Counted from the stretch's first letter, positions 1 to 11,872 are shown. The stretch: 64,000 nt of DNA from Anaeromyxobacter sp. (GCA_049840735.1 JASGJN010000011.1:71951-135950), one strand, 5' to 3'. A program made the numbers and translations. Notes: generated by a model not told the origin, from the sequence alone.

Positions 1-5
1 GCTGG

Positions 6-980
6 ATGCTGCTCTCGCTGCTCGCGGCCGGCGCGCTGGTCACCGCCGCCGCGGGACGCGGCGCCCGCAGCCGCCGCCCCGCGCTCGTCACCGCCTGCGC
101 CTTCGGCCTCTCGCTGCCGCTGCTCGGCGCCATCGTGGCCAACCGCTTCGACGCGCTGGTCGCGCTGGCCCTGGCCGGCTTCGCCTGGTCCGCCGCCGCC
201 CGCCGCTGGGGGTGGGCCGGCGCGGCCCTGGGGCTCGGCGCAGCCGTGAAGCTCACCCCCGCCGTCCTCCTCCCGCTGGCCCTGCTGCTGGCCGCCGACC
301 GCCGCGCCCGCGGCCGCGCGCTGCTGGCCTTCGGCGCCGCCGCGCTCCTCCCCTGGCTGGCGGAGGGCGCCGCCGCCGGCCCGGCCCTGCTGGCCCTGGT
401 GCGCTTCCACGGCGCGCGGCCGCTGCAGGCCGAGAGCGTGCTGGCCACGCCGGCGCTGCTGGCCCACCTGGCCGGCCTGTGGGAGGTCCACACCGGCAGC
501 GCCTTCGGCTCGCAGTTCGTGGCCGCGCCCGGGGCCGGCGCGCTGGCCCGGCTCTCCGGCCCGCTGGCGCTGGCCCTGCTGGCGCTGGTGTACGGGCTGG
601 CGTGGCGGGCGCGCGCGCGGCTGCGCGCGGCGCCGGGCGGCGCGGCGCTGGCGGCCACCGCGGCGCTGCTGGCGCTGCTGGTGCCGGCCAAGGTCCTCTC
701 GCCGCAGTACCTGGTCTGGCTGCTGCCGCTGGCCGCCTGGCTGGCGCCGCACGCGCCGCGGCTGGCGGGGCTGCTGGCGGGCGTGCTGCTCCTCACGCAC
801 CTCGAGTTCCCGGCGCGCTACTGGCGCTTCGTCCGGCTGGAGCCGGGGCCGGTCGGGCTGGTGGTGGCGCGCAACCTGGCGCTGGCGGCCGCGCTGGCCT
901 GGGCGCTGGTGCTGCTGGCCCGCGAGGCGCGGGCCGCGCCGCCTTCGGCTCAGGGCTCCGACGCGCCGCCGCGCGGGTAG
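6..980 (+). CDS. Polytopic membrane glycosyltransferase, GT87/DUF2029-like (probably 5'-partial)
   Basis: Hydrophobic multi-TM protein with RFD, KLTP, ES and KVLSPQYLVWL motifs typical of GT-C/GT87 proteins. Confidence 0.65.
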   Translation: MLLSLLAAGALVTAAAGRGARSRRPALVTACAFGLSLPLLGAIVANRFDALVALALAGFAWSAAARRWGWAGAALGLGAAVKLTPAVLLPLALLLAADRRARGRALLAFGAAALLPWLAEGAAAGPALLALVRFHGARPLQAESVLATPALLAHLAGLWEVHTGSAFGSQFVAAPGAGALARLSGPLALALLALVYGLAWRARARLRAAPGGAALAATAALLALLVPAKVLSPQYLVWLLPLAAWLAPHAPRLAGLLAGVLLLTHLEFPARYWRFVRLEPGPVGLVVARNLALAAALAWALVLLAREARAAPPSAQGSDAPPRG

Positions 981-1366
981 GTGTCGGCGGCCCAGCGCAG
1001 CGCCTTGACCAGGCGCGGCTCGTCGAAGGGCTTCTGCAGGAAGCAGCAGGCGCCGGCCGCCATCATCTCCTGCTCGCTTCCGAACCGGCCCGAGACCGCC
1101 ACCACCGGCAGCGTGTGCACCGCCGGGTTGGGCGAGGTGCGGGTCCAGCGGATGAACTCGGCCCCGGTGATGCCGGCCAGGATCTGGTCCACCACCGCCA
1201 CCTGCACGTCCTGCTGCATCACCAGCCGGATGGCCTCCTCGCCGCTGGTCGCGATCACCGGCTCGAAGCCGGCCGCCGCGGCGATGTCGGAGATCATGCT
1301 GCGGGTGAGGGCGTTGTCGTCCACCACCAGGATGCGTCGGCGCTGGGGCTCGGAGGAGGACGTCAC
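950..1366 (-). CDS. Single-domain response regulator (CheY-like)
   Basis: ILVVDD...VVD...VS...KPF receiver motifs. Confidence 0.85.
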   Translation of the reverse strand: MTSSSEPQRRRILVVDDNALTRSMISDIAAAAGFEPVIATSGEEAIRLVMQQDVQVAVVDQILAGITGAEFIRWTRTSPNPAVHTLPVVAVSGRFGSEQEMMAAGACCFLQKPFDEPRLVKALRWAADTYPRGGASEP

Positions 1367-1518
1367 CGGGTCACGCTACGCGCGAAGGGGGGCGCGGCGC
1401 CAGCCGCAAGATCATGGCACGGTCCCCTGCCGCAAGGCGAAGCGCCGCGGTAGGGGACCGCGGGGGACCGGGGCCGGGCGTGCAGGCGCCCGCCGCTCCG
1501 AGTGAAATCCCGCCGGCC

Positions 1519-1701
1519 TCAGTCGTCCTGCCGCCCCACCGCCACGGCGTAGCCGCCGGGCTCCTCCTCCACTGCGTGCACCACCCATGGGCGACAGCAG
1601 ACGGGGCAGTCCTCCACGTACGTCTGCGACTCGCCGCCGCCCGGATCGACGAAGATGGTGACCAGCTCGCCGCAGTACGGGCACTCGACCTCGGTGTCCA
1701 C
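1519..1701 (-). CDS. CPXCG-motif cysteine-rich small protein
   Basis: CPYCGE...YVEDCPVCCRP; SD GGAGGGAG upstream. Confidence 0.85.
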   Translation of the reverse strand: MDTEVECPYCGELVTIFVDPGGGESQTYVEDCPVCCRPWVVHAVEEEPGGYAVAVGRQDD

Positions 1702-1754
1702 GCGCTCCCTCCGCCGGCCGCACGGACCGCGGCCCGCTCCGTTATAGTCCGTCC

Positions 1755-2424
1755 GTGGCCCAGAAGCCGTTCAACAACCCCTTCGGAAAGCTCAAGGATT
1801 CTCGCGAAGCAGGCCCGGGCCGAGCCCCGCCCGGCCCCGCGCCCGCCGCCCCCGCCCGCCCCGCCGCCGCCGCCGCGCGAGGCCACCGAGGACGAGCTCT
1901 GGGCGCAGGCCACCACCGGTGTCCGCAAGGTGGAGCCCGGCGCCGGCACGGTGCCGCCCCCGCCGCCCCCGGTGGCCGCGGGCGAGGTCTGGCACCCGGA
2001 CCTGGAGGCCATCGACGCGCTCCGCGCCCTGGTCTCGGGCGACGCGCCGTTCGACATCGCCGACGGGGACGAGTTCATCGAGGGGCGCGTCAGCGGCCTG
2101 GACGCCGCGGTGGTGCGGAAGCTCCGGCGCGGCGAGTTCGCGGTGCAGGGGCACGTGGACCTGCACGGCCTCACGCGCGAGGAGGCCCGGCACACCGTGG
2201 ACGACTTCCTGCGCCGCGCGCGCCTGGCGGGCAAGCGCTGCGTGCTGGTGGTGCACGGCCGCGGGATCCACTCCAGGGATCACCTGCCGGTGCTCAAGGA
2301 CGCGCTGCGCACCTGGCTCGCGACCAACCGCTTCTCGCGCCACGTGCTGGCCTTCGCCACCGCGCGGCCGGTGGATGGAGGGGGCGGCGCCGTCTACGTG
2401 CTGCTGCGACGCGCGGGGCGGTAG
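1755..2424 (+). CDS. Smr/MutS2 C-terminal domain protein (apparent frameshift ~1798)
   Basis: N-terminus MAQKPFNNPFGKLK joins the frame containing DLHG, VVHGRG and GGGGAVYVLL. Confidence 0.85.
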
Positions 2425-2466
2425 GGCGGAGAACGCTCGCAACGAGGGCCCACCGGCCCGACGGCG

Positions 2467-2577
2467 CCCTTCGGCTCCGCCGCGGCGTCGCCGCGGCTAC
2501 GCTTCAGGGCGAACGGCCTACCCTGGCCCGTTCGGGCTGAGCGTAGCGAGCCCGCAGGGCTCGCGGAGTCGAAGCCC
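2467..2577. repeat. Inverted doublet of REP-like palindromic repeats
   Basis: 2467-2516 (-) and 2528-2577 (+) both match CCGTTCG..CTGAGCGTAGC-hairpin-GGAGYCGAAG; located between convergent genes. Confidence 0.8.
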
Positions 2578-2607
2578 AGCGCCTGACGCTCGGCGCGTGT
2601 GCGGCGC

Positions 2608-3300
2608 TCAGCCCCGCGCCACGTCCTCGGCGATGGCCCGCGCCGCGGCGGCGGGGTCCTTCCCCTCGCGCAGCGGGCGGCCGACCACGATCACGTCCGC
2701 GCCGGCGCGCACCGCCGTCCCCGGCGTGGCCACGCGCGACTGGTCGCCCAGCGCGGCCCCGGCCGGCCGCACGCCCGGCACCACCAGCAGCGGCCCCGGC
2801 CCCACCTCGGCCCGCACCGCCTCGACCTCCTGCGGCGAGCAGACCAGCCCGCCCGCCCCGGCGTCCACCGCCAGCCGCGCCAGGCGCAGCACCGCCGCCT
2901 CCGGCGGGCCGACCAGGCCCACCGCGTCCAGCGTGGCCGCGTCCAGGCTGGTGAGCACCGTCACCGCCAGCACCCGCACCCCCGGCCCGGCGCCCTTGAC
3001 CGCGGCGCGGATCATGGCCTCGCCGCCGGCCGCGTGGACCGTGAGCAGCTGCGCACCGCTGGCGGCGGCCGTCCGGGCCGCGCCCTCCACGGTGTTGGGG
3101 ATGTCGTGGAGCTTCAGGTCCAGGAAGATGGGCTTGCCCAGCCCGGCCAGCGCGCGCACCGCCGGCGGCCCCTCGGCCACGAACAGCTCCAGGCCGACCT
3201 TGAGCATCCCCACGTGCGGGGCGATGGCGCGGGCGAACGGCTCCGCCTGCGCCAGCGTGGGGAAGTCGAGGGCGGCGCAGATGCGGTCGGAGGGCGTCAT
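2608..3300 (-). CDS. pyrF: Orotidine-5'-phosphate decarboxylase
   Basis: [28 protein letters not shown] motifs. Confidence 0.95.
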   Translation of the reverse strand: MTPSDRICAALDFPTLAQAEPFARAIAPHVGMLKVGLELFVAEGPPAVRALAGLGKPIFLDLKLHDIPNTVEGAARTAAASGAQLLTVHAAGGEAMIRAAVKGAGPGVRVLAVTVLTSLDAATLDAVGLVGPPEAAVLRLARLAVDAGAGGLVCSPQEVEAVRAEVGPGPLLVVPGVRPAGAALGDQSRVATPGTAVRAGADVIVVGRPLREGKDPAAAARAIAEDVARG

Positions 3301-4580
3301 GGCTTTCCCATCTGCATGCGGCCCACCTCGCGCAGCAGCGCGTCGGCCTCGGCGCGGGGCAGGCAGTTCTTGACCTCGAAGAGCGCGAAGGCGAGCAGGT
3401 CCTCCAGCGCCTCCAGGGCCCGGGCCCGGGCCGCCGCCCCGCGGAACTGGCCGGTGGCGTTGACGTTGGCCAGCACCCGCGCCGCGTCCAGCTCGCCGCC
3501 CTCGCCGATGGTCACGCCTTCGAAGATGGGGCGGACCCGCGCCGGCAGCCGGTCGAAGTAGCTGTTGAGGCGGGCCCCGGCGTCCGGGTGGCCCGCCGAG
3601 AGCGCGGCGTGGACGCGCCGCAGGATGCGGCGGTAGGCGTCGAAGGGGCCGGCCGCCGCGGCCACCGGTGGGGAGGCAGGGCCCGGCGCCTCGGCCGCGG
3701 CCGCCTGGACCGGCGCCGCCAGCCCGGCGTCCACCAGCCCGCGCGCCGCGGTGAGCGCGTCGCGGAGCGGCAGCTCGGCCTCCAGCGCCGCGTCCTCCAG
3801 CGTGCGGGCGCCGTCCAGCGCCGCCAGCAGCGCCACCTGGTCGGCGGGCCGCCCCGCGCCGTCGCCGCCGCGGGCCAGGACCACCGCCCGCCCGCCCAGC
3901 CCCTGCGCCAGGCCGTCGACCTCCTCGACGCGCCGGATCCCCTCCAGCAGGAGGTCGCGGGTCCGCTGCTGCAGCCGGACCGCGTTCTGCTCGTCGGCCG
4001 GCCCCTCCAGGAAGGCGAAGGTGCCGCCCGGCTCGGTGAAGGCGGAGAGCAGGATCTCCTTCACCTGCAGCGCGATGCCGTCGAAGAGCTGCGCCGAGGT
4101 GAGGATCCCCTCGTCCACCAGCACCTGGCCGAGCGGGTGGTTGCTCCGCACCAGGTGGGCGCAGCGCTCCAGGTCCGCCGCGCTGACCCGGCCCGCCCGC
4201 GCCAGCACCGCGCCCAGCCGGTCGGCCGGATTGGTGGACGAGGCGAAGACCACCTGCCCGTCGCGGAAGTGGATGCTCTTGCGCCGCAGGCGGTGGGGCG
4301 CGGTCCTGCCAGGCGCCGCCCCCTCGCCGAAGGCCAGCAGCAGCACGCCGGTCCGCAGCGAGGTGAAGACGAACTGCACCACCTCGGCGACCGAGAGGGC
4401 CGCCAGCGAGCCGGCGAACCAGGCGCTGGGCGCGTCGCCCCGGGCCGGCGCCAGCAGCGCGAACGCGCCGTGCGCCGAGACCAGCTCGCCCTCGCCGCCG
4501 CCGATCAGGCCGAGCGCCTCGGCCTGGTCGGCCGGGAGCACCACCTCGCCATCGGCCCCGATGCCCACGCGGATGCGCAC
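3297..4580 (-). CDS. DUF4388-domain protein
   Basis: [13 protein letters not shown]...TGVL...[13 protein letters not shown]...RLGAVL pattern; 4-bp overlap with pyrF. Confidence 0.7.
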   Translation of the reverse strand: MRIRVGIGADGEVVLPADQAEALGLIGGGEGELVSAHGAFALLAPARGDAPSAWFAGSLAALSVAEVVQFVFTSLRTGVLLLAFGEGAAPGRTAPHRLRRKSIHFRDGQVVFASSTNPADRLGAVLARAGRVSAADLERCAHLVRSNHPLGQVLVDEGILTSAQLFDGIALQVKEILLSAFTEPGGTFAFLEGPADEQNAVRLQQRTRDLLLEGIRRVEEVDGLAQGLGGRAVVLARGGDGAGRPADQVALLAALDGARTLEDAALEAELPLRDALTAARGLVDAGLAAPVQAAAAEAPGPASPPVAAAAGPFDAYRRILRRVHAALSAGHPDAGARLNSYFDRLPARVRPIFEGVTIGEGGELDAARVLANVNATGQFRGAAARARALEALEDLLAFALFEVKNCLPRAEADALLREVGRMQMGKP

Positions 4581-4646
4581 GTGCTTGCGTCCTTTCTCCG
4601 CAGGGGCGGGCCGCCGGAGGCCCGGCCCCCCCCGGGCGTCCTCGAC

Positions 4647-6368
4647 TCAGCCGGCGCGCACCTGCGCGGCGACCTTCTTCGCCACCTCGGCCAGCGGCAC
4701 CAGCTCCACCGCCCCGCCCTGGCGCAGCTTCCACTCGGCGTTGCCGCCAGCCAGGCCCTTCTTGCCCACCGAGATGCGGATGGGGATGCCGATCAGGTCG
4801 GCGTCCTTGAACTTCACGCCGGCGCGCTCGTCGCGGTCGTCGTACAGGACCTCGACGCCCGCGGCGGCCAGCTCCGCCACCAGCTGCTCGGCGGCCGCCT
4901 TGAGCTCGGGCTCAGGCCCCAGCGTCAGCACGGTGGCCTGGAACGGCGCGATGGCCAGGGGCCAGACGATGCCGTTGTCGTCGTGGTGCAGCTCGATGGC
5001 GGCGGCCAGGATGCGCTCCACGCCGATGCCGTAGCTGCCCATCACGATGGGCACCTGCTTGCCCTCGGCGTCGAGCACGGTGGCCCGCATCGACTCGGAG
5101 TACTTGGTGCCGAGCTTGAAGATGTGCCCGACCTCCAGCGCCTTGAAGACGTCCAGCACCCCGTCGCAGCGCGGGCAGCCCTCACCGGCCTTCACGGTGC
5201 GCAGCTCGGCCAGCGTGGCGCCGTGCGCCAGCAGGTCGCGCTTCACCGAGACGCCGCGCAGGTGGAAGCCGTCCTCGTTGGCGCCGGTGACCATGTCGGT
5301 CCGGTCGGCCAGCGAGGGGTCGACGAAGACCTTGGCCTTGCGGAACTGGACCGCGCCCAGCGAGCCGGCCCGCGCGCCCATCAGCGGCGGGATCTCCTCC
5401 GGGTGCGCCGGGCGCACCTCCACCGCGCCGGTGGCGGTCATGAGCTTGGCCTCGTTCAGCTCCTGGTCGCCGCGGACCACGGCCACCACCAGCTTCTCGT
5501 CCGCCATGTAGACCAGCGTCTTGAGCTGCTTCTTCGCCGGGACGCCGTAGGGGGCCGCCGCCAGCGCCTCGATGGTCACCACGCCCGGCGTGGCGAACTT
5601 CTCCGGCGCCGCCGGTCCGGCCTGGTCGGCCTCGGCGGGCAGCTTCGAGGTGGCGGTCTCGGTGTTGGCCGCGTAGCGGCACTTCGGACAGGCCGCCACC
5701 AGGTCCTCGCCGGCCTCGGTCCGCACCATGAACTCGGAGGACTCGCTGCCGCCCATCGAGCCGGAGTGGGCCTGCACGGCCACGAAGTCGAGGCCGCAGC
5801 GGGTGAAGATCTTCTCGTAGGCCTGGCGCTGGTCCTCGTAGCGCAGGTCGAGGCCGGCCCGGTCCACGTCGAAGGAGTAGGCGTCCTTCATGGTGAACTG
5901 CCGGACGCGCAGGAGCCCGGACTTGGGGCGCGGCTCGTCGCGGAACTTGGTCTGGATTCGGTACCAGACCTGCGGCAGCTGCCGGTAGGAGCGCAGCTCG
6001 TCGCGGGCCACGGCGGTGAAGATCTCCTCGTGCGTCATGCCGAGGCAGTAGTCGCCGTTCTTCCGGTCCTTGAGCCGGAACATGTTGTCGCCCATGACGT
6101 CCCAGCGGCCGGACTCCTTCCAGATCTCCGCCGGGTGGAGCGCCGGGAGGTAGAACTCCTGGGCGCCGATGGCCTCCATCTCGTCCCGGACGATGGCCTC
6201 GATCTTGTTGAGGGCCCGCTTGGCGAGCGGCAGGTAGTCGTAGATGCCCGAGCCGAGCTGGCGGATGAAGCCGGCCCGGACCAGCAGCTTGTGGCTGGGC
6301 ACCTGGGCGTCGGCGGGGGCTTCCTTCAGGGTAGGGATGAAGGCCTGGCTGTGGCGGACGACTCGCAT
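4647..6368 (-). CDS. proS: Proline--tRNA ligase
   Basis: [41 protein letters not shown] editing domain. Confidence 0.97.
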   Translation of the reverse strand: MRVVRHSQAFIPTLKEAPADAQVPSHKLLVRAGFIRQLGSGIYDYLPLAKRALNKIEAIVRDEMEAIGAQEFYLPALHPAEIWKESGRWDVMGDNMFRLKDRKNGDYCLGMTHEEIFTAVARDELRSYRQLPQVWYRIQTKFRDEPRPKSGLLRVRQFTMKDAYSFDVDRAGLDLRYEDQRQAYEKIFTRCGLDFVAVQAHSGSMGGSESSEFMVRTEAGEDLVAACPKCRYAANTETATSKLPAEADQAGPAAPEKFATPGVVTIEALAAAPYGVPAKKQLKTLVYMADEKLVVAVVRGDQELNEAKLMTATGAVEVRPAHPEEIPPLMGARAGSLGAVQFRKAKVFVDPSLADRTDMVTGANEDGFHLRGVSVKRDLLAHGATLAELRTVKAGEGCPRCDGVLDVFKALEVGHIFKLGTKYSESMRATVLDAEGKQVPIVMGSYGIGVERILAAAIELHHDDNGIVWPLAIAPFQATVLTLGPEPELKAAAEQLVAELAAAGVEVLYDDRDERAGVKFKDADLIGIPIRISVGKKGLAGGNAEWKLRQGGAVELVPLAEVAKKVAAQVRAG

Positions 6369-6394
6369 GGTCCGGGGGTTATACACTGGAACAA

Positions 6395-6790
6395 GTGAAC
6401 GCGCGTTCCAGACCTGCCCCCCTCTTCCTGGCCGCAGCGGCGGTCCTCCTGGTCGCAGGGGCCGCGGCCGGACTCCTGGGCCCGGCAGCCAGCCTGCTCG
6501 ACGCCGGCGGGCGGGCCCCGGCCGCCGCCGCCCCCAGCCCGCCCCCTACCCCGGCCGAGGCGACGCCGGCGCTGGTGGCGGAGGGCCAGGCCGTCTTCGC
6601 GCGCCGCTGCGAGCACTGCCACCGCGACGTGCCGCTGGAGCGGCGGGTCCGGGGGTGGGACCTGGCGCGCGCCCACGACGCGGTGGGCCGGCTGGACCAG
6701 CTCACGCCGCTCATGCCGCCGTTCCGCGGCACCGAGGCCGAGCGCCGGGCGCTGGCCGCCTACCTGGCCGCGCTGGGCCAGGCGCACTGA
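6395..6790 (+). CDS. Monoheme cytochrome c
   Basis: Signal/TM segment, CEHCH heme motif, distal MPPF. Confidence 0.75.
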   Translation: MNARSRPAPLFLAAAAVLLVAGAAAGLLGPAASLLDAGGRAPAAAAPSPPPTPAEATPALVAEGQAVFARRCEHCHRDVPLERRVRGWDLARAHDAVGRLDQLTPLMPPFRGTEAERRALAAYLAALGQAH

Positions 6791-6994
6791 GGAGCCGCGC
6801 CCGCGGTCCGGCGCCGCGCTCCCGACACCGCGCCCATGCGCGGTGGGTCCGGCACACTGTCACACTCACAGTCCGGGCCGTCCCGCGGCCTCCCTTTCGG
6901 GCGTCCCGAGGAGACCGGGGAACCTTCACTCCCAGAGAGTGCTACCCTCGGCCGGTCGTGCGTTGGCCAGACCTTTTCTCACCTGGGAGTGTCC

Positions 6995-8415
6995 ATGCGT
7001 CGAATCGTGCTCGCGGCAGCCTTCGCTGCCCTCCTCGCCTGCAGCAGCAGCAGTGACTCCGGACCGAAGGCCGCCGCCACGGTCGAAGATCGCGGCTCCA
7101 TGCAGCTCGGCCAGTTCCTCCCCGCCGGCACCGACGCCGAGGACGTCGCCATGCCCGGCGCCCGGAACGTGTGGGACTTCTACCCGGACCTGGGCCTGGC
7201 CGACGGGGGCGACGACCAGTTCGACGGCGCCCTGCAGCTGGCGGTCGGCACGCTCCCCACGCAGCCGCCCACCTTCGACAGCCTGGAGGCCGAGCGCGTG
7301 GAGCTGGAGTGGTACGGCGACGTCGACTTCACCTACGACGAGCTCACCTTCGGCCAGCCGCTGATGGGCAGCGGCGACGGGCTGGTCCCGGTGGCGCTCA
7401 CCAACGCCGACTGGGCCGTCAGCGGCGACGTCACCGCCTTCCTCTCCCCCTCTGCCGCCACCGTGGTCCGCACCACCATCGACCTGACGGACGCGGTGGC
7501 GCCCATCTCGCTCTCGGCGTTCCGGGCCTACGAGCTGCCCGACGTGGACTCCGGCACGCTGCCCTACGGGGCGTACTTCGTGGTCACCCTCCGCAACGCC
7601 AGCAACCACGAGCTGCTGGAGACGCTCGAGGACGCCGGTCCGGGAGACAGCGCCGACGAGGTCGCCACCGTCGACGTGTCGGCCTACGCCGGCCAGCGCA
7701 TCGAGCTGCAGGTGGAGTACCGCGGCTGGTGGGGCGCCTACCTCGACGACGTGCACTGCGTCGACGACAACGCGGCAGAGTACGTGACCAACGGCGACTT
7801 CGAGGCCGGCACGACGCAGGGGTGGAACGCCTCCATGACGGCCAAGACGCCCTACGCGTTCTACGCCGCGGCCCGCACCGCGGCCGGCCTGGAGATTCGC
7901 GCGAGTTCTACACCAAGCCCAAGCTGGACTGGGGCCGCTTCGCCGACACCTTCCACAACCCCACCGAGGCAGACATCACGGTGGACGCGCTCTACTTCAC
8001 GAACCTCGGCTCCGACGACAACGGCATGATCTACGCCACGCCGGGCGCCACCGGGTCGCTGACCAGCTGGGACACCACCCGCGCCGGCGGCGCCGGCGAC
8101 TACGGTGATCGCGACGTGGCCATCGTCTACGGCGAGGGCACGGCCTACTTCGTCCCGGTGGCCACGTTCAACGGCGGGGACGGCAACGACGACATCTACA
8201 TCTTGCACCACATCACCGTGCCCGCCGGCGGCGACGTCACGCTGGTCCACTTCGTCGTGCTGGGCGGCGACGACACCGGCCTCACCGCCACCGACCTGAC
8301 CGCCCAGGCCACCGCGGTGGACGCCATCGCGGCCGGGATCGCCAACCACCCGTCCGACGCGAAGTACCGCGACTACCTCTCCGACGCCGCCAAGGCCTCG
8401 GTGACAAACTTCTAG
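6995..8415 (+). CDS. Acidic surface lipoprotein with CBM-like insert (frameshift ~7896)
   Basis: Lipobox LLAC; TNGDFEAG..GW CBM-like motif; the two frames join at GLEI/SREFYTKP. Confidence 0.65.
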
Positions 8416-8432
8416 GCAGCGCCTGCACCGAG

Positions 8433-8476
8433 CCGGGGCGGGGGATCTCGCGAATCCCTCGCCCCGCTTGCTTTTC
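8433..8476 (+). terminator. Intrinsic terminator
   Basis: GC hairpin CGGGGCGGGGGAT...ATCCCTCGCCCCG followed by TTGCTTTT after the lipoprotein stop. Confidence 0.7.
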
Positions 8477-8495
8477 AGGCGCCCTGGGCGCCCAT

Positions 8496-8530
8496 CCGTT
8501 CGCCCTGAGCCTGACGAAGGGCGGACGGGC
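8496..8530 (+). repeat. Short REP-like repeat (no inner hairpin)
   Basis: CCGTTCGCCCTGAGCCTGACGAAGGGCGGACGG; same ends as the other copies. Confidence 0.7.
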
Positions 8531-8532
8531 CG

Positions 8533-9642
8533 CTACTTCGCCGCCCGCTCCGCGGCCAGCTTGAGCGCCTCGCCCACCAGGGCGTCCTCCAGCTCCTCGG
8601 CCTTCATGCGCTTCACGATCTGGCCGTCCTTGAAGAGCAGCCCCACGCCGCCGTGGCCGTAGGCCACGCCCACGTCGGCGGCCGAGGCCTCGCCGGGCCC
8701 GTTCACCTCGCAGCCCATCACCGCCACCGAGACCTCGCCCTTCACGGTGGAGAGCCGCTTCTCCACCCGCTCGGCGATGGGGATCATCTCCACCGAGCAG
8801 CGGCCGCAGGTGGGGCAGGAGGTGAGGGTGGCGCCCCCGAACTTGAGCCCCAGCGACTTGAGCAGCATGCGCGCGACGCGCACCTCCTCCACCGGGTCGG
8901 CGGTGAGCGAGATGCGGATGGTGTCGCCGATCCCCTCGGCCAGCAGGATGCCCAGGCCGGCCGAGCTCTTGACGGTCCCGGCCAGCAGCGTGCCCGCCTC
9001 GGTGATGCCGAGGTGGAGCGGGTAGTCGAACCGCTGCGAGAAGAGCCGGTTGGCCTGCACGGTCATGGCGATGTCGTGCGCCTTGAGCGAGACCTTGATC
9101 TCCCGGTAGTCCTCGTCCTCCAGGAACCGGATGTGCCGCTCGGCGCTCTCCACCATGCCGGCCGCGGTGGGCCAGCCGTGCTTCTCGACGATGTCCTTCT
9201 CCAGCGAGCCGGCGTTGACGCCGATGCGGATGGGGACCATCCGCTCGCGCGCCGCCTTGACCACCTCGCGCACGCGCTCGCGCGAGCCGATGTTGCCGGG
9301 GTTGAGCCGGATGCCCTGGATGCCCGCCGAGAGGGCCGAGAGCGCCAGCCGGTAGTCGAAGTGGATGTCCGCCACCAGCGGCACCGGGGTGGCCTTCACG
9401 ATGGCCGGCAGCGCCGCCGCGGCGTCCTTGTTCGGCACCGCCAGCCGGACCACGTCCGCGCCGGCCTCGGCCAGGGCGCGGATCTGCGCCAGCGTGGCCG
9501 CGGCGTCGGCCGTGTCGGTGGTGGTCATCGACTGCACCGCGATGGGCGCGTCCCCGCCAATCGGCACCCCGCCCACCTGGATCCGGCGGGTGGGACGGCG
9601 GACCCCCAGCGTGGAACCTTCCCCCTGACCGTAAGCACCCAT
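8533..9642 (-). CDS. ispG: (E)-4-hydroxy-3-methylbut-2-enyl-diphosphate synthase
   Basis: VQSMT, ADIHF, NPGN, GVNAGS, HLGITEAG, CPTCGR, MGCEVNGPGE. Confidence 0.97.
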   Translation of the reverse strand: MGAYGQGEGSTLGVRRPTRRIQVGGVPIGGDAPIAVQSMTTTDTADAAATLAQIRALAEAGADVVRLAVPNKDAAAALPAIVKATPVPLVADIHFDYRLALSALSAGIQGIRLNPGNIGSRERVREVVKAARERMVPIRIGVNAGSLEKDIVEKHGWPTAAGMVESAERHIRFLEDEDYREIKVSLKAHDIAMTVQANRLFSQRFDYPLHLGITEAGTLLAGTVKSSAGLGILLAEGIGDTIRISLTADPVEEVRVARMLLKSLGLKFGGATLTSCPTCGRCSVEMIPIAERVEKRLSTVKGEVSVAVMGCEVNGPGEASAADVGVAYGHGGVGLLFKDGQIVKRMKAEELEDALVGEALKLAAERAAK

Positions 9643-9735
9643 TGAACGCGGACTCCTTGCTCGAAATGGCCACGGCGGCCGGCCCTGGTTCTAGGGCTCG
9701 GCCGCCGCGGATGCCACTGCGACAGAAGCGACCAG

Positions 9736-10786
9736 CTACTTCTTGGCGACGCCCCCGCCCAGCTCCTCGTCGATGACCTTCTTGAACTGCTCGAGCGGGA
9801 GGGCGCCGGAGAAGAAGCGGCCGTTGATGACGAAGGCCGGCGTGCCGCTCACGCCAATCTCCTCGCCCGCGTCCACGTGGGCCTGGACCACCTTGGCCTT
9901 GTCGCCGCCGTCCAGGCACTTGTCGAACTTGTCGCCGTCCAGCGACAGCTCGCGGGCGTAGGCCTTCAGCCGGTCCACGGCCAGGTCGCCGTTCACGGCG
10001 AAGAGCTTCGCGTGCATCTCCCAGTACTTGCCCTGGTCCTCGGCGCAGTAGGCCGCCTCGGAGGCCTTCTGGGCCAGCGAGTGCATGGGCAGCGGGAAGT
10101 CGCGGTACACCAGCCGGACCTTGTCCTTGTACTCCTGCAGCACCTGCTTCACGACCGGCTCGGCGCGGGCGCAGTAGGGGCACTGGAAGTCGGAGAACTC
10201 GACGATGGTGACCTTGGCGCCGGAGGGGCCGGTGCTCGGGCCCTCGGCCTTCACCTTCACCGGCTCGGGCTTGTAGTCGCCCATCAGGATCTTCGACGCC
10301 GGCCTTGTCCTTGAGGTCCTTCAGGTACTTCTCGCCGGCCTGCGAGGCCTTCTGCTTCGTCACGTACTCGGCGATCTGGTCCCGCACCTGCTCGTAGGGC
10401 GGCAGCTGCTGCCCGCTCATCGCCGCCTGCTGGTAGAGCATCCTCAGCTCGTCCTCGCTGGGCGGCTGGACGGAGGCGGCCATCTCCTCCTGGATCTTCT
10501 TCTTGTAGTCCTCCACCGACAGGCCGGCGTCCTTGGCGTTCTTCTCGAGCATCCGGTCGATGACCAGGCGCTCCAGGACCTGCCGGCGGGCGTTCCAGAC
10601 CTGCTCCTGGTGCTCGCGCTCCATGCCGGCGAGCTGGCCGCGCGCCTTCTTGTCGAGCTCGGCGGAGGTGATCTTCTGGCCGCCGATCTTGGCGACCACG
10701 TCGGAGTCGGCCTTGGAGCGGCAGGCGGCGGCGGCGCCGGCGACGAGCACGAGCGCGCCGATCAGCAAACGATGACGGTTCTGCAT
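9736..10786 (-). CDS. DsbA/thioredoxin-fold lipoprotein with SurA-like N-terminus (frameshift ~10292)
   Basis: Signal peptide ending AAAC; EFSDFQCPYC and GTPAF cis-Pro motif. Confidence 0.85.
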
Positions 10787-10827
10787 GGAACTCCCGGGAG
10801 GGGCGGCTAGGGTGAGAGGGACCCGGT

Positions 10828-10856
10828 CAGATAGCGCCAACCGGGTGCCAGGTCAA
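10828..10856 (-). promoter_or_regulatory. Putative sigma70 promoter for the DsbA-like gene
   Basis: TTGACC-N17-TATCTG on the minus strand. Confidence 0.5.
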
Positions 10857-10977
10857 TGCGCCACAGCGTGACCGGGGCGCGTTCCAGGAGAACCCACGGC
10901 GCCGGGATTCATTTCGCGCTGCGTCCGCCCGGCCCCCTGCCCGTCCCTCCCCCGGGCCGGAGGGCCCGGGCTGCCGC

Positions 10978-11604
10978 TCAGCCGATCAGCGCGCCCGAGC
11001 CGGAGAAGGCGATCACCCGCGCCGGCACGCCCACCGCCACCCCGCGCTCCGGCACGTGCGAGACCACCAGCGAGTTGGCGCCGATGACCGCGCCGTCCCC
11101 CACCTGCACCGGACCGGACAAGGTCGCCTTGGGCCCGACCCAGACCCGGTCGCCCAGCCTGGGCGTGCCGCGGCGGACGGTGCCGCCGATGCCCAGCGTG
11201 ACGCCCTGCGACAGGTTGCACTCGCGGCCGATCACGCTCCCCGGCGCGATCCAGATGCCGCCGGAGTGGCCGATGTAGAGGCCGGGGCCGATGCGCGCCG
11301 AGGGCGCGATGGTGATGCCGATGGCCAGGCGGATGGTCTCGCGCACCAGCGCGAAGGGCCACTTGAGCGCCAGCCGCAGCGGCGTGGGCGCCTCCTCCTG
11401 CAGGTAGCGGCCGAAGCGGTACAGCCCGGTGGCCCAGATGCCCTCGGTCTGGGTGACGATCCGCAGCCGCTCCCAGGTGCCCTGGGCCCGCGCGTACTTG
11501 AAGTAGCGGTTCACGTCGGCGCGGAACGCCTCCCACGCGCCCGGCTCCGGACCGGCGCCGCCGCCCCGGTCCGCCTCCGGCGACCCCGGGGCCGCGCCGC
11601 TCAC
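10978..11604 (-). CDS. Serine acetyltransferase-like left-handed beta-helix (LbH) acyltransferase (WcaB/CysE-like)
   Basis: IGPGLYIGH.GGI, QGVTLG, P.LGDRVWVG, IGANSLV, GVPARV hexapeptide repeats; GTG overlaps the carrier-protein stop. Confidence 0.8.
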   Translation of the reverse strand: MSGAAPGSPEADRGGGAGPEPGAWEAFRADVNRYFKYARAQGTWERLRIVTQTEGIWATGLYRFGRYLQEEAPTPLRLALKWPFALVRETIRLAIGITIAPSARIGPGLYIGHSGGIWIAPGSVIGRECNLSQGVTLGIGGTVRRGTPRLGDRVWVGPKATLSGPVQVGDGAVIGANSLVVSHVPERGVAVGVPARVIAFSGSGALIG

Positions 11605-11872
11605 GCGCCCTCCGCCGCCCGCCCGCGGGCCGCCAGCTCGCGCCGCACCGCGCCGGCCAGCCCGGCCACCGACTGGAGGTCCGCCGGCGAGCCCACCACC
11701 AGCAGATTGACGTGCCACCGCTCGTCCACGAACCCCAGGATTTGCAGCAGCCCCAGCGAGTCGATGCGCCCGGTGTCGATCAGGTTCTCGCCCGGCGAGA
11801 CCCGGGCCTCCCCCCCGATCACCCGCCGCCCGATGAAGTCCGCCAGCGCGATTCAATCTCACCGCCCGTCAT
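11601..11872 (-). CDS. Acyl/peptidyl carrier protein (frameshift ~11854)
   Basis: GRIDSLGLLQIL phosphopantetheinylation motif; ~90 aa. Confidence 0.8.

Noticed and set aside
1415..1430. Sigma54-like TGGCAC..CTGC site
   Set aside because: GG-to-GC spacing is 11 rather than 10, and no plus-strand gene starts directly downstream
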